Below are positions 51,779-64,000 of a DNA stretch of 64,000 bases, piece after piece. The position numbers and the translations under genes are program-made. Below the pieces are notes generated by a model. The model searched no databases, was not told the DNA's origin, and worked only from the letters and a program-made list of their open reading frames with translations. Every line of letters starts with the position of its first letter. The stretch's first letter is position 1. The stretch comes from Octopus vulgaris (lineage: Eukaryota): contig OX597814.1 of NCBI GenBank assembly GCA_951406725.2, positions 6,944,001 through 7,008,000 of the forward strand, read 5' to 3'.

Positions 51779-53433
51779 AGAAAAGAAACTGCTCCAGACA
51801 AGTTAAATCAAGGCAAAGACGTTTAAAAACTTGTTTTTCAATTCATTTTCCTTTCAAAATATTCTTTGTAAATAATGGAGATGTTAAAATGTTAGGCTTT
51901 AAGAATTAAGCAGACGGCTTTAGATTTGGTTGCAGCCTGTCGTTTGGGTTAATGAAGTCAATATCATTTATGAAATTCCATTAAATTCAAATCTAGGAAA
52001 ATTATTTAAACAATCCCAGACAAGTTCTTTCTAAATTTTAATGATGGTGCCCCAGTATGGCCACAGCTGAAAAAAGAAAAGTCGAATAAAACAAGTGAAG
52101 TAGTATAAAACATTTGTTCTGATGCATCGATTAAATGCTGAGTGTTATTCTATTATGAACGTCTCATGTTTAGTCGTGTGACCGTTGTATACATCACAGT
52201 GTCTCCACTGACTTAAAGTCTGTACTACGACATCAAAAAGCCAACGGAAGAATAATTATGGCTTAATTTATCTAACATGTGCTGAGTATTTCGTTGAAAG
52301 GCTGACAGTTGTATTAGAGAGAGCTGATTGATGGAAGGAAGAGAATTGAAAACTTCTGAACAGACAGACAATCAGACGGCTGGACAGACAGACAATCAAA
52401 CTGATGGACAGACAGACAAATAGACAGACAATCAAACTGATGGACAGACAGACAAATAGAGAGACAGATGGATGGAAAGACAGACAAATAGATATTTCAC
52501 TTTAGATTTTAGTTCAAAGAGAAGGACTGATATCTGTTGAGGCAGCTTATGTCCAGCCTGAATACGCATGGATGTTTTATTAGTGGGGACAAAACGAGAA
52601 AGAAGGATATTTTAGAGGCTCGTATTTCTTGAGAGAAAGATCCTTAATGTGTGACGTTTGAGGTGAGATGTGGCATTGACAGTGGTGATAAGAAGAAAGC
52701 CAGGTAAAACAGGTTTACTTCACTAACAGCTTGTAACACAGCCTGTTGTTACTTTAAAAGGAAGAGTTGCCATTGTAGAAGAGCTAGACAAGATGACGAG
52801 TAGAATGGCAGTTGTGCAAACACAGAAGTGGAAATAACGACGGATTAATTCATTAAAGTCATCCATATTTCTTCTGAGGAGGATTTTTCTAATGTTTCTA
52901 TAAATGAGTTTGATTAGTATCAAGAAAGGATCAGGGATCAAATCCATCGTAGTGCTTGACCTTCAAATAGAACTGTTTTAAAACAAAGCCTTCTTGATTG
53001 CAAAGAAATGTCAGTGCCACATTTTGTCGTAGTCCATTATGATGCCTCCTTGTATTGCTGTCCAAGGATATTTTTGAATCCCTAAGTTGAGTTTGAACTC
53101 TGAACACAAAGAACCGAGCAGAAACTGAGGGACATCATGACCGATGCTCTCATACTTCTACCAATCCTTGGACAGGAATTTTATCTCTTGATCCCCAACA
53201 TGATGAAATACAAACTTACACTGGAAGGATTTGAACACAGAACATTGAGGACCCCAAACAAATACCACAAAGTATTTCTATGCAACACTCTGGGAATTCT
53301 CGCAGTTTGTTACCTAAAACACCGACAAATGAAAGGAAAGTTTAGAAAAATAATAAAAGAAAGGTTTAGTCAAATGGGGGATAGGATTAAGGGTGGGAGT
53401 GAGGATTAAGGGTGGGAGATAATGTTCCACAAG

Positions 53434-53472
<39 letters not shown>

Positions 53473-53476
<4 letters not shown>

Positions 53477-54031
53477 GCCCTGATGCAGTACCAGGCAGTG
53501 GCTCTCATGGCTTCTGATCTTAACTGATTGGAAGTGTTATCATGTACATTGTTTTGTCTTGGTATAAAAGATGGGCTACAGCAAATATTCTGCTCAATAC
53601 CACAAATTTGCTTGTCAGTTGTTTGACCTTAACCAGTTGAGCATGTCCCTTAGTGGCTGACAATACGTGCATCTCTGATCACGAGCAGAAGTAGTGGGGG
53701 AGCATCATGGCCATGTGTTGAGAGGGATTCTTTGGAGTTTGAATAATTCACCTCTGGAAACATAGGTGTTTCGTTCAACATCCTAAAGCAACCCTTATTC
53801 AGGGACCTTTTGAGCAGGATGGGCTACTCAACCTGAAGAAAATTCTAACTGGGCCCCACCTGCAAGGTCATGTGCTGTTTATTTTGATATGAGATTACCA
53901 TGTCGCGCACATATGGTTGTGATGCATGTGCCTGGTGTACCCTTATCAGACGGGTAGTCATGATGGGTATATTGGGCTTCGTATATTTTACCCCAGTGTC
54001 ACTTTGATGGCATGAACTGCTCTCTCACTCA
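53473..54031 (+). mobile_element. Family C retroposon in (TAA)n
   Basis: Flanked by (TAA)n on both sides; second copy at 10685-11145. Confidence 0.85.
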
Positions 54032-54044
54032 ATAATAATAATAA

Positions 54045-56060
54045 CACTGGATACCAAAAAAGATTTTTAAAAAGTTGTTTTAGTTTTTTCAACTGGTTTA
54101 GAACAATTTTAGAATCCGAAAATGACATCCGTTTCTCTCGATCAGGTCAGGTTTCTATGCTAAGCTGATTATTGAAAAATCCAATCTTCTGTCTAAATTG
54201 ATTACATTTTTCTGACATTATTTGTTGATTTTTGTTAATGTGTGTGTGTGTGTGTGTAAGTGTGTGTGTGTGTGTGTATGTTTGTGTGTGCATGTGTGAG
54301 ATGCTTTGGATATTATTCATTAAATTGATTACATAATTCTGACATTATCGGTTGATTTTTGCTAATATTTCTCACCCAAAATAGGCATTTAAGATAAAAC
54401 AAAATTGTTTTTTAACACAATTTATTAATTAAATGTTACAAACTTCGATTGCTGTAAATTGAATAGAAGACGCTGATAAAGATAAGTACATGAAAATTAA
54501 ATGTTATGTTATCATTGTTCAAAATTCAGGGCTTGAACTTGCGTTTATTTGAACCTCTAGAATGCTGAGCGGCAGGAATGTCTATCTTCAGAGTCCAACC
54601 ATCATGACTGCATCCCAGCATCCTTGATACCTGGTCTCCATCTTTTTCATGCCCTGATGGAACCTCTCACCCTGCTCATTGCCTATTGATCCTAGATTCT
54701 CAGGAAACCGATCCATATCAGAGAATAAGTAATGCCTTTTAATGTTCCTGTTGCATCTGGGATTTCTGAAAGCAATCAGCATATTGGTGACAAGTCCTGC
54801 ATAGTTCCTTGCCTTGTTGTTGCCAAGAAAGTTATCCCAACAAAAAATTCATCATCTTCAGGTCAACACAAATAAATCACTGATGCTGGTCATAACAAAT
54901 TTTCTCCAACACATACTTCACCGCTTCATTCTTCTCCTTTAGTGTAGTCATCTGAGTGAGGGGTACAGAGGTGAACTGGTTGCTGTGGTGCAGCAGAATG
55001 CTTTTCAGCAATCGCTTGCAGCTGTCAATGAATAGTCTCCAATCTTTGGGTTTGTACTGCGGCACTCCAAGCTTGTGCAGAAGATGAGCAATGTCTGTAC
55101 AGGACACCAAGTCCTTCTCTTCACTGAAAAAAACCCAGAGGTACTCTTGCTGCCTGTTGCAGTAGAAGGCAATGTGAACATTGTCAGAGAGGAGGTTTTT
55201 TTCCTTCAATCTGGATGCCAATAGTTTGGCAGAGGACTTTGACAATTTGAGATTGCAAACTAGATCATTTAGCTCTTGTTTGGAAAAAGGATGTGGCATA
55301 TCATTATCAAGAACTACTTCTTCTTCTTCGTTTTCTTGGAGACTGGAGGATTCGTCATCACTAGTGTCAGGAAGTTCTCCAAAGACTGGTACTGGAATTT
55401 CATCACAGTGAGCTACAGGATGTTGTTCTGATTGAAGGTGAGGATACTTGAGGCTGCTCCGGTTCTCTTTGTTGATCCCAGTCACATGAATAGAGCAGAA
55501 ATAGCAGTCAAATGCCATGGTTTGTCATCTCCCTCCAAACCATGGGAATTCCAAACTTCAGACAACTCTTCTTGCCCTTGATCCACCGACGCAGATTATC
55601 AGTGCATGCTTTGTATACCATGTGTGGCGCCCAAGCTTTATCCTGGTCACCAAGTTTAATACCAAAATAATCATGGTAAGCACGTTTTATGAAACTTGTG
55701 ATTGGATTCCTGTTAGGAACAATGGTGTATTTACCACAGGTGTAGCAGAGTACGTTGGGCTTACGTTTGCAAGATCTTCTGGTCAAAGCCATTCTATTCA
55801 CCTGTAAAATAAAAATACCAATTAGTCATAAACAGGTGCATGCAAACCCTTCTGAGTTCATTTATTTCAAGAAATAAAAAGAATTTTGCATCATATAAAG
55901 CAAAAATACCCATACATGTAAACGAAAACGTAAAAGATAATGTGACCATAGCTCAAAAAGCTGACCGGATCGAGCAAAACTAATGTGATTTTTGGGTTTA
56001 GAACATCAGAATTGTCCTAAATCAGGTAAAACGATTTCGACAATAATTTTGTTGTTGACA
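54045..56060 (-). mobile_element. Decayed Chapaev3-like (CMC) DNA transposon
   Basis: ORFs 55508..55801 (CYTCG..YFGIKLGDQDKAWAPH..PMVWRE.TNH), 54877..55518 (DCYFC..WRLFIDS) and 54588..54782 (EQGERFHQ..METRYQG); TAA|CACTGG terminus; imperfect TIR with 55965-56060; family assignment from recall. Confidence 0.72.
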
Positions 56061-56869
56061 TAATTACAAAAAGTTAATACCACACTTTACTTCTTTATTG
56101 TTAATTGGGGAGGTTTATAATGATAATTGTTGATCAAAAGTTGACATCAAATCCAAAAATGTTATGAAGCTCGATAAACAGTCAATGGAAATGTCTTTGG
56201 TGCTTATATCGTATTAATACAATGTTGAACAACAAAAGGTAAATCCTACACTAGAGAAATCAAAAAACAACTCATGAAGAACTAAAACAGGTTTCTGCTT
56301 ATGGATTAATCAAACCATAAACAACTTGTTCTATTAATTTCTAATAATTTCCTGTCAACAGAGAAGACATCGCAGTCCATAATTTCAAAGATTAACCGTT
56401 TGTTTAATGAAGCATTTGATAACTTAGAATTTATCAACTGTGAAGAGAAGTTAGTAGAAAAGTATTGTCAACCTATTCTTTATTTCATTTCATTGTTCTT
56501 AATGTTCTTATGGAACAGTCCATTGTTAAATCAGCTCATTTCAAGTGAATGGTCATGAGTTCCATCACAGGGAAACAAGGGTTTTACCAGTTCAATCTGG
56601 TGACATTAGAGGCAAACATCTTTCAGAGGAACATACTCAGTGAATACGGCATTTGAGGCAAAATAGCTTCATAGGGATTTATTATATAAAGTTTCTTCTC
56701 CCTGAAAACACCAAAAATACTTAGAACAGACCTATGCAAGAGAAGGTAATACTCTACCATTTTCAGTAATCAATGATAATTATAATATTCTAAGTAGGAA
56801 GCCAAATGAATTTGGTGCGGCTAGGGAGAGGAAGAAGAAGAAGAATGGCTGCAAGTACAAGGTGATATC

Positions 56870-57110
56870 AAGAAGTTGACAAACCAGTTCTGTAGTGTGC
56901 CAACCCATGGCAGCACATGGTTGCAGGTGCTGCTGTGAAAAGTAGCAGAGCCCTTCATGAGGCAATGTGTAGAGTGACAACACTGGGTTTACTTCATGAA
57001 ATTTGTGGGTTTTGTGATCATGTGTTATGCTGTAGTCTGCAATTTTGTTATGGATGGGAACAAAGAGCAAACATGAAATTTTGTGTTAAACTTGGGAAGT
57101 ACTCTATAGT
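56870..57110 (+). mobile_element. Mariner 5' fragment
   Basis: EQRANMKFCVKLGK, homologous to the start of the 36794..37144 transposase. Confidence 0.6.
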
Positions 57111-57139
57111 GAGAGATATTGAGCATGCTGTGGCAAGCT

Positions 57140-57470
57140 TAATAAACTGTAAGCACAACAGGCCTGATATAATTGTGGAAATTAGCTGCCCCATGGATGT
57201 TAACATAAAGCTGAAGATCAGTGAAAAGGAGAACACCTATGCTGAACAATTGAGAAATCTGCAGTTACTCTTTCCAGATTACAAGTTCAGGTTTATACCT
57301 GTAATTACTGGAGCCCTGGGATATGTAATACACTGCCTAAATACCAATCTTGAGAAATTAGGCTTCTCAAAACCAGAAAGGAGAAGGTTGATTTGAAGGC
57401 TACAGGTCCAATCCATCACTGGAACTGTAGAAGTCTGTAAAACTTTCCAGAAGTTTATCATTTAAACATA
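57140..57470 (+). mobile_element. RLE-type (R2/R4 group) non-LTR retrotransposon C-terminal fragment
   Basis: HNRPDII.EISCP..KISEKENTY..L...IPVITGALG, a PD-(D/E)xK-type endonuclease pattern, then LQVQSITGTVEVCK after a stop. Confidence 0.75.
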
Positions 57471-58629
57471 TATGAGTTTGTCTGGATATGTAACTATATG
57501 CATGAGAATACATACATAAAACATACAAATCTGGCAGAGATGTGGCGAGTGGCTCTTCTTGAGTACCACAAGGTGCCAGATATCTTGGCCCTTTCTTATC
57601 TCCTTTGAGATTGGCCTCCAATACGTCATGATATATCTTTCTGTGTCTCTCTCTTCCACCAACTTTCAGCCACTTTAAGGGATCAGCACTTCTTTATTCA
57701 CTTGGCCTCATCCATAAGCATCCCATGGCCAAATCAGCACAGCCTCCCCCCTTGCACACTGCATCTAATTCCTCTTATGCCCAACTTTTCTCTCAATGCA
57801 TTCGCACTCTGTTGCACATCCAGCAGAGCATACCACCTTCATTCTTCTCTTGTAGTCATATACCCTCTGCATTCAGGGTGCATGTCTTAAGTAGCATTGC
57901 TATTTGTACACAAGCATCATTAGAGAGAAAAGGAGAGAGAAGAAGGGATGGAGAGGAAGAAAGAGCGAGAGAGAGGAAGAAAGAGAGAGAGACATACATA
58001 TATACTTATATGTCTGTATACACATATTTTTCTCTGGTTTTTAGAAAAGAAGTTTTGATTCAAAAATATTTTTATAAATTTAAAATACAAAGAATTAAAT
58101 TGAGAAAAAAGAAACACAAAAGAAAATATTAATACAAGTTTTATGTACATCGAATATAATTCCAAGATATGTGTTTCATTTCATATCTCTTGACAGAAAT
58201 ACAAATATCACGTTTTTGTAATATTCTGATAAATATAGTTTATGGTATTTAGAATGTTTTAAACAAAAGTAAGGTTGTGGCTGTGATATTAGCATAATCT
58301 TGTAGGCTGAGAGAAGGGGAAAATTTCTCTTATAAGAATTATCTAGATATTAAAGCATCATAAAAACTTGCTCTAGTCTTTACAAGAAAGTGGATGCTGC
58401 TAAGAAGACTCTAGATCAAGTGATGGTGTTAAACAAGATGCATTGAGAGCATAATTCTGAAAGAAGTATAGTCTGCACAATGGATGTGTACACAGTTACT
58501 GTTCTGCCAACTCCACTCACAAGTCCAAGGTGTCACACTATGATATCGAATCTGGAAACTTGTGATTGGATTCCAACTCCTTAACCATATATTAAAAAGG
58601 TTACATTTTCCAAAAGATTTATCATAATA

Positions 58630-59063
58630 GGCGCAGGAGTGGCTGTGTGGTAAGTAGCTTGCTTACCAACCAAATCGTGGCCGATGCCAGTGCCGCACTG
58701 GTGTCCGTGTCGGTGCAAGTGTCTTCTACTAATAGCAACCGTGGGCCCAGCCAATGCCTTGGCACCTGTGCGATTTGGTGGACGGAAACTGAAAGAAGCC
58801 CGTCATCCATATATGTATATATATATATGTGTGTGTGCGTGTATGTTTGTATGTCTGTGTTTGTCCCCCCAACATCGCTTGACAATCGATGGTGGTGTGT
58901 TTACGTCCCCGTCACTTAGCGGTTCGGCAAAAAGAGACCGATAGAATAAGTACTGGGCTTACAAAGAATAAGTCCCGGGGTGCAGCCTTCTGCTCCCAGA
59001 TCGGTGCTCCAATCCATGCCTGCAGTCAACTGACTGTTAAACAATGATGATGATGATGATGAT
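58630..59063 (+). mobile_element. Mosaic of SINE A and RTE tail B
   Basis: Alternating collinear blocks of both families; flanked by a 25-bp direct repeat. Confidence 0.75.
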
Positions 59064-59559
59064 GTTACATTTTCCAAAAGGTTTATCAGTAATAAAGGAC
59101 ATTGTTGGTTCCACAGAATGACTGTTTAGGGAGAAACTGGAAACTATTTATTCAATGCTAGAATTATTGCTGAGAGCAAAGAGTCTACATTCTCTCATGG
59201 AATCTTCTCTGGTTCCAACAAGAGCCAAAACCTTGCTTCATACAAATTTCTCACTCACATATTGACCAGTGTTTATTCATATTTAATTGGGAATTTATAA
59301 ATTTTAAATGTCTTCTAGAGTCAAAACATTTGAATTTCTCTTAAAAATCCTAAGACTGGCCCACATCAGCAAAACTGAGGGCTAGAAGTGTTGTGTCCCA
59401 CCCACGTGTAACAACAACCTTTTTACAAACCCTACCCCAAGAAACCGACCTACATCACCTCTTCTAAACAGCCTCTTCCTCTTCCTCACATTTCCTCTTC
59501 ATAAACTATGAATGTCTTCCAATCCCCTTTCCTGCCCCCACCCACCCACTGCCCTGTTC

Positions 59560-60755
59560 ACTGTATCCCTGCTTTCTTCCTCTCCCCATTTTTCTCCCCA
59601 GGTTTTCGCTAATCACTCCAATCCCCACTCCCCTACTTGTGCTTTCTTGGCAACACCTGACCTCACATAATACAACCTTCACACCCCTCTCTTCCTTAAT
59701 CTACCATCCCACCCATGCTCTGATTCTTGTTACTTGTGAGTATACCCTGGCACTTCACAATCTCTCTCCTGAATCTCTCTTACACTTTTGCTCTTTCCTA
59801 CTCTCTCTCTCTCTCTCTCTTTCCCTTGTTCTTCCTTCTGCCTGGGCAGCCATGTATCTCCTCCAGAGCAGCACCCCTATTTCTGCCCCCATTCTTGGTT
59901 ACTCTCACCATCTTTTGTTGTTTTTCCTTTGACCAGGTAACCAAGTATCTCCTTTACATCAGCACACCTGTTTCTGTCCACTTTCTTGTACCCCTCTCTC
60001 TCCCACTCTCTTTCTGTTAATCTCTCTCCCTCTCTCTTCCTCTCACTCTCTTTCTTTCTCGCTCTCTCTCTCTCTCTCACTCTCCCACTGGGTAACCATG
60101 TACCTCCTCTGTAGCAAGACACCTATTTCTGCCTCTCTGTCTCTCTGTCACACTCTAACCTTTCATCCTCTGACACAAGTTCCCCTCCTCAAATACCCCT
60201 GCCCCTTCCCATAATTCCTCATCTTGCGAGTTACATGTGGACCCTACCAGTGCTGGTGCCTCGTGAAAAGTATCCAGTCCACACTGTAATGGGGCGTCCA
60301 ACAGTAAAGATCATGTCAAAACTGACCCCGCCTGTGCTAGTCCTACATAAGAAGCACTGAGCCCACTCTGCAAAGTGGTTAGTGTTGTGAAGGGCATCCA
60401 GCCATAAAAACCCTATGAAAACAGACACAGTAGCCTAGGGTAGTTTTCTACCTGGCAGGCTCCTGTCATCTGTCCTACCCAAGCATACATGGAAAGTGGG
60501 CGTTAACCCTTTAGCATTTAATCCGGCCATATCCGACCCAAATAATCCATCTGTTTTATGTTAAAACTGTCTGGATCCAACCTCTCACACCTACCCTACA
60601 ATGTCATTTTAAAAATATATAGCCACACCATTTAAATTTTGAAGCTGCAAAATAATATGTGATTAATTCAAAAATAGTATGGATAAATAAGCAATAAATT
60701 TCACTAAGAAATCTGAATGCTAAAGGGTTAAACAATGATTTTGATGACAATGATG
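59560..60755 (+). mobile_element. RTE-tail variant B2 (diverged), interrupted by a MITE
   Basis: Pyrimidine-rich UTR, GAAGGGCATCCAGC core, end ATGGAAAGTGGGCGTTAA[MITE]ACAATGAT. Confidence 0.65.
60507..60727. mobile_element. piggyBac-type MITE (221 bp)
   Basis: TTAA TSDs at 60503-60506 and 60728-60731; TIR CCCTTTAGCATT / AATGCTAAAGGG. Confidence 0.9.
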
Positions 60756-61221
60756 AATCTACATTATTTATATTTCATCCTAAAATGTCAAGTTGATAAT
60801 ATTATTCATCATAAATACAATTTTTAACCCCAAATCTTCTAAGGCATCTATTCCTTTTGTTTCTCATATTTAGAAAAAGGTCTTTCTCAACCTACAAACA
60901 TTACCTTATCTATTCATGAGAAAATATTAACAAAATTAATTTAACTAGAAATAAAAATGCAGCGAGGCAAAATGCTATTAGCCAAGGAGTAATATTTTCA
61001 ATTATCTGGCAAAAGTAACTCAAAATACTGGACAGGTATTGATCTTGTGACCACACTAATGAAATAAAACTGTCACCGAGTTGATGAATAAATCACTAAA
61101 TAAACATAAAAACCTGTCCATTGGTTGGTAGAGGAATAATGAATTCTTTAGATTCGAAATAAATTCTGAAATGTCTTCTGTGCAGTAAACTAAAGGTGAG
61201 TTAGTATTAAGGGATCCCTGG

Positions 61222-61549
61222 TCTGGTGGTACGTAAAAAGCACTATCCGACTCGTGGCCGATGCCAGCGCCGCTTCCACTGGTTCCGTGCCGGTGGCACA
61301 TAAAATACACCAATCCGACCGTGGCCGTTGCCAGCCTCGCCTGGCACCTGTGCAGGTGGCACGTAAAAGCACCCACTACACTCACGGAGTGGTTGGCGTT
61401 AGGAAGGGCATCCAGCTGTAGAAACACTGCCAGATAAGACTGGAGCCTGGTGCAGCCTCCTGGCTTCCCAGATCCCCGGTCGAACCGTCCAACCCATGCT
61501 AGCATGGAGAACGGACGTTAAACGATGATGATGATGATGATGATGATGA
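61222..61549 (+). mobile_element. RTE 3'-tail copy (family B)
   Basis: Shared 3'UTR and (GAT)n end. Confidence 0.88.
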
Positions 61550-62913
61550 TATTTAACATAGAGAGTAGTAAATAACTGATAAGAAATGAATGTGTACTAA
61601 GATAGAAAGGCATGAATACAAAATGCAGAGATAGGCTGAGAGATAGACTCATGGACAGACAGGCAGCTTGGCAGATTGCAGAATTGGTCCTAATATGAAA
61701 TAACTGAAAACTCCACCATCCATTATGCTGGTAGTGGATGGTAGAATTGGTAGAATGTCAAAGCACAGCGGATAGTAGAATCAAGAGGACTTTAGGACAC
61801 AGATTGATAAAACCAGCTGACCTCCATTGCAGGGGATTCATAGAAGGAGTAAAATAAGGGGAAAAAATATTTTGTGCTATTCTATTGTTTCCTCTGAAGT
61901 TCTTGTTTGCTTTACCATTAGGTCCACTTAACTTTTCATTCTTCAGAGGTCAATAACACAAAATACCAGTAATATATCTGGGAGTTTATTTAATCAATTA
62001 TTTTCTACCCACAAAACAGGTGGACTTGTGGTGTCTTAACTTCCTCCATATTGCAGAATTTATGAGTGACCAGTAGCAGAATATATAATATTTATGAGTG
62101 ATTATTGACAGGCAGAATATGCAGGATTTATGAATGGTGATTAACAATATTCATGATTGATGAATAGTGTTAAACACAATATATAAAATTTATGAGTGAT
62201 AATGAATAGATTGTACAGGATTTATGAATGGTTGAATGACCAACGACAGAATTGATAAAACTTTAGTTTAAATAATTTAGTTTGTGCTTCCAAACATTTA
62301 TATCTTTAATTCAAATCCTGCCAAGTTCAACTTTACCTTTCAGTCTTCTTAGGTCAATAAAATACCTGTTATATACTGGGTTGATTTAATTGATTATATA
62401 TGGTTTGTACCTTTGTGCAAGAAATCTTTATTATAAGAAAAGCTAAATATTTCCCTCCCACTTCTCTTTTTAAGCTTGACATTTAAAGCAATTGACTGAC
62501 TTCTTTCATGCATTCTTGAAAACGCTACACCATCTCACCAGCAAATTTTCCATATATTTGCATTAAAGGTTAAAATATTTCATTCCTCTTCTTCAACAAA
62601 TTCAATAACCTCTTAATTAATTAATATAAATTAGTCTTTATTCTTCAAGATTACTCCCAAAGCTGTTCTAATTCCAACATTTATCCTCTTCCAGGGAAAA
62701 TACTTCAAGCAGTCAAGAATCTAGCATTTAAAAGTTGCAGTCGTTATTGGTTTGAAGAGTTAATTGAAATCTCCTTGGTTCTTTGCTAATTCTGGATAAG
62801 TAGTCATTTGGTTAAAGAAAAAGAAAAAAATCGTATACAACTATATGCATACGTACATCTATATATATGTGTGTATGTACATAGGTATGTATATGTGTAT
62901 GTATATATAGGTG

Positions 62914-63075
62914 TAGAGCTAGGCATAAGTCCGTTAATCCATTAATTGTTAATTAAAGAAGTTAACATTTATGTTAACGATTTAACTTTTAAGCTGACTT
63001 TGAAAATTATTATTGGACTAATTTAATTCTGTTACATTTAGCTTCCATTAACTCAAGTCCGTTAACCCCAAAATT
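62914..63075. mobile_element. Probable hAT-type DNA transposon terminus
   Basis: TAGAGCTAGGCA start followed by clustered GTTAAC/GTTAAT subterminal motifs; opposite end not found. Confidence 0.45.
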
Positions 63076-64000
63076 TCATAAAAACCAGAAAACGTTTTAA
63101 CGTTTCTATTGTTTTCTGATTGTCTTAGCATATTTAATATTGTACGGGTAATTCTTTTCAAACCTGATATAATGCAAATTATTATTATAAATAACTTGTA
63201 GGACATCGTTTGGCCCTACCTGGATTTGAAACCAAATTCATTTGCTTGTTGTTACTTGCAAAGACAGTGGGAAATTTCTTTGTCCTGTCAAGAGGGAACA
63301 GTGATTGGTGTGTTTCCACTTGATCTATGACTTCGCTAAGGTGGATGTCAACAGAGAAAATATTGATTTCCATACAGTGGAAAAAACAAATGGAAGCAAA
63401 AAAGTTGGTAAATATTTCGGTGTGAACGCAAATAGCTGTTATGTGGTAGCAAGGGATGCTAGAAATAGTATCCAAATCTTTCCTTTTCTGAAGAAAAGGA
63501 GCCGTTTACCCATGATTTTGATATCACATTTGTTGAAAGCATGCAAAATAACCAGGAAATGAAAACAAAAACCCACGAAACAAACGTCCCTTGGTGGGAA
63601 ACTTTGAGGTCAACACCACCCTTTCCCACCTTTCTTTTCCAGAAAAATGTGGCTTGTGAATGGTTTGGAGGTCAGATATATTGAATACACCTGAAGAAAA
63701 CTGTGGAAAAAAAATTATTCCACACTGAGGTATGAAATATTTACTGAAAGAATAAAATCTTGTACAGATTATACCTGTATTTTAATTAATTCAAATTAAT
63801 GTACCTCATCTTGAAAAGTGGCAAAATTTTTATCGGTTGCCATCTGGGATAATTTCACTAACAAATCAAACAGGTAAGATGCATTAAGAATTTCAATTTT
63901 AGTGTTTTCATCTTAAGGAAGCCCTCAATAATTATCAAGCCTGTCACATGGGAAATCAGTGCTTGTCTCCATTTTGGATCTTTGTCCAGAACTGGCCAAT

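Noticed and set aside
63185-63562. Overlapping ORFs as a hAT dimerisation domain or host gene
   Set aside because: Only vague motif echoes in conflicting orientations; not supportable by eye
63643-63729. 87-nt candidate exon (polypyrimidine-AG ... GAG|GTATGA)
   Set aside because: All three reading frames contain stops; no supporting neighbouring exons

Overview
Repeat-dense, AT-rich eukaryotic DNA that is intronic or intergenic; I could not support any host protein-coding gene, tRNA, rRNA or CRISPR array. From recall, the tRNA-headed SINE families, RTE tails and very high microsatellite load resemble an Octopus (coleoid cephalopod) genome; this is an inference and was not checked by search. 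All recognisable coding signal is transposon-derived: a decayed RTE LINE with many 5'-truncated 3' tails, a 5'-truncated CR1-type LINE with an uninterrupted 568-codon RT frame, mariner (DD34D) and maT (DD37D) relics, a Chapaev3-like transposase, a Penelope-like GIY-YIG relic, R4/Dong-like RLE fragments, non-autonomous Helitrons, a piggyBac-type MITE and several SINE families. Most ORF-track entries are microsatellite artefacts. The best second-look items are a minimal hammerhead-ribozyme-like motif (27434-27471, minus), a collinear SINE/RTE fine-scale mosaic (58600-59088, possibly an assembly artefact), stacked (TAA)n-targeting retroelements, combinatorial head/tail swapping among SINEs and a head-to-tail Helitron dimer. 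Family letters (A-F, B2) and tail letters (X-Z) are my own labels; boundaries were read by eye.
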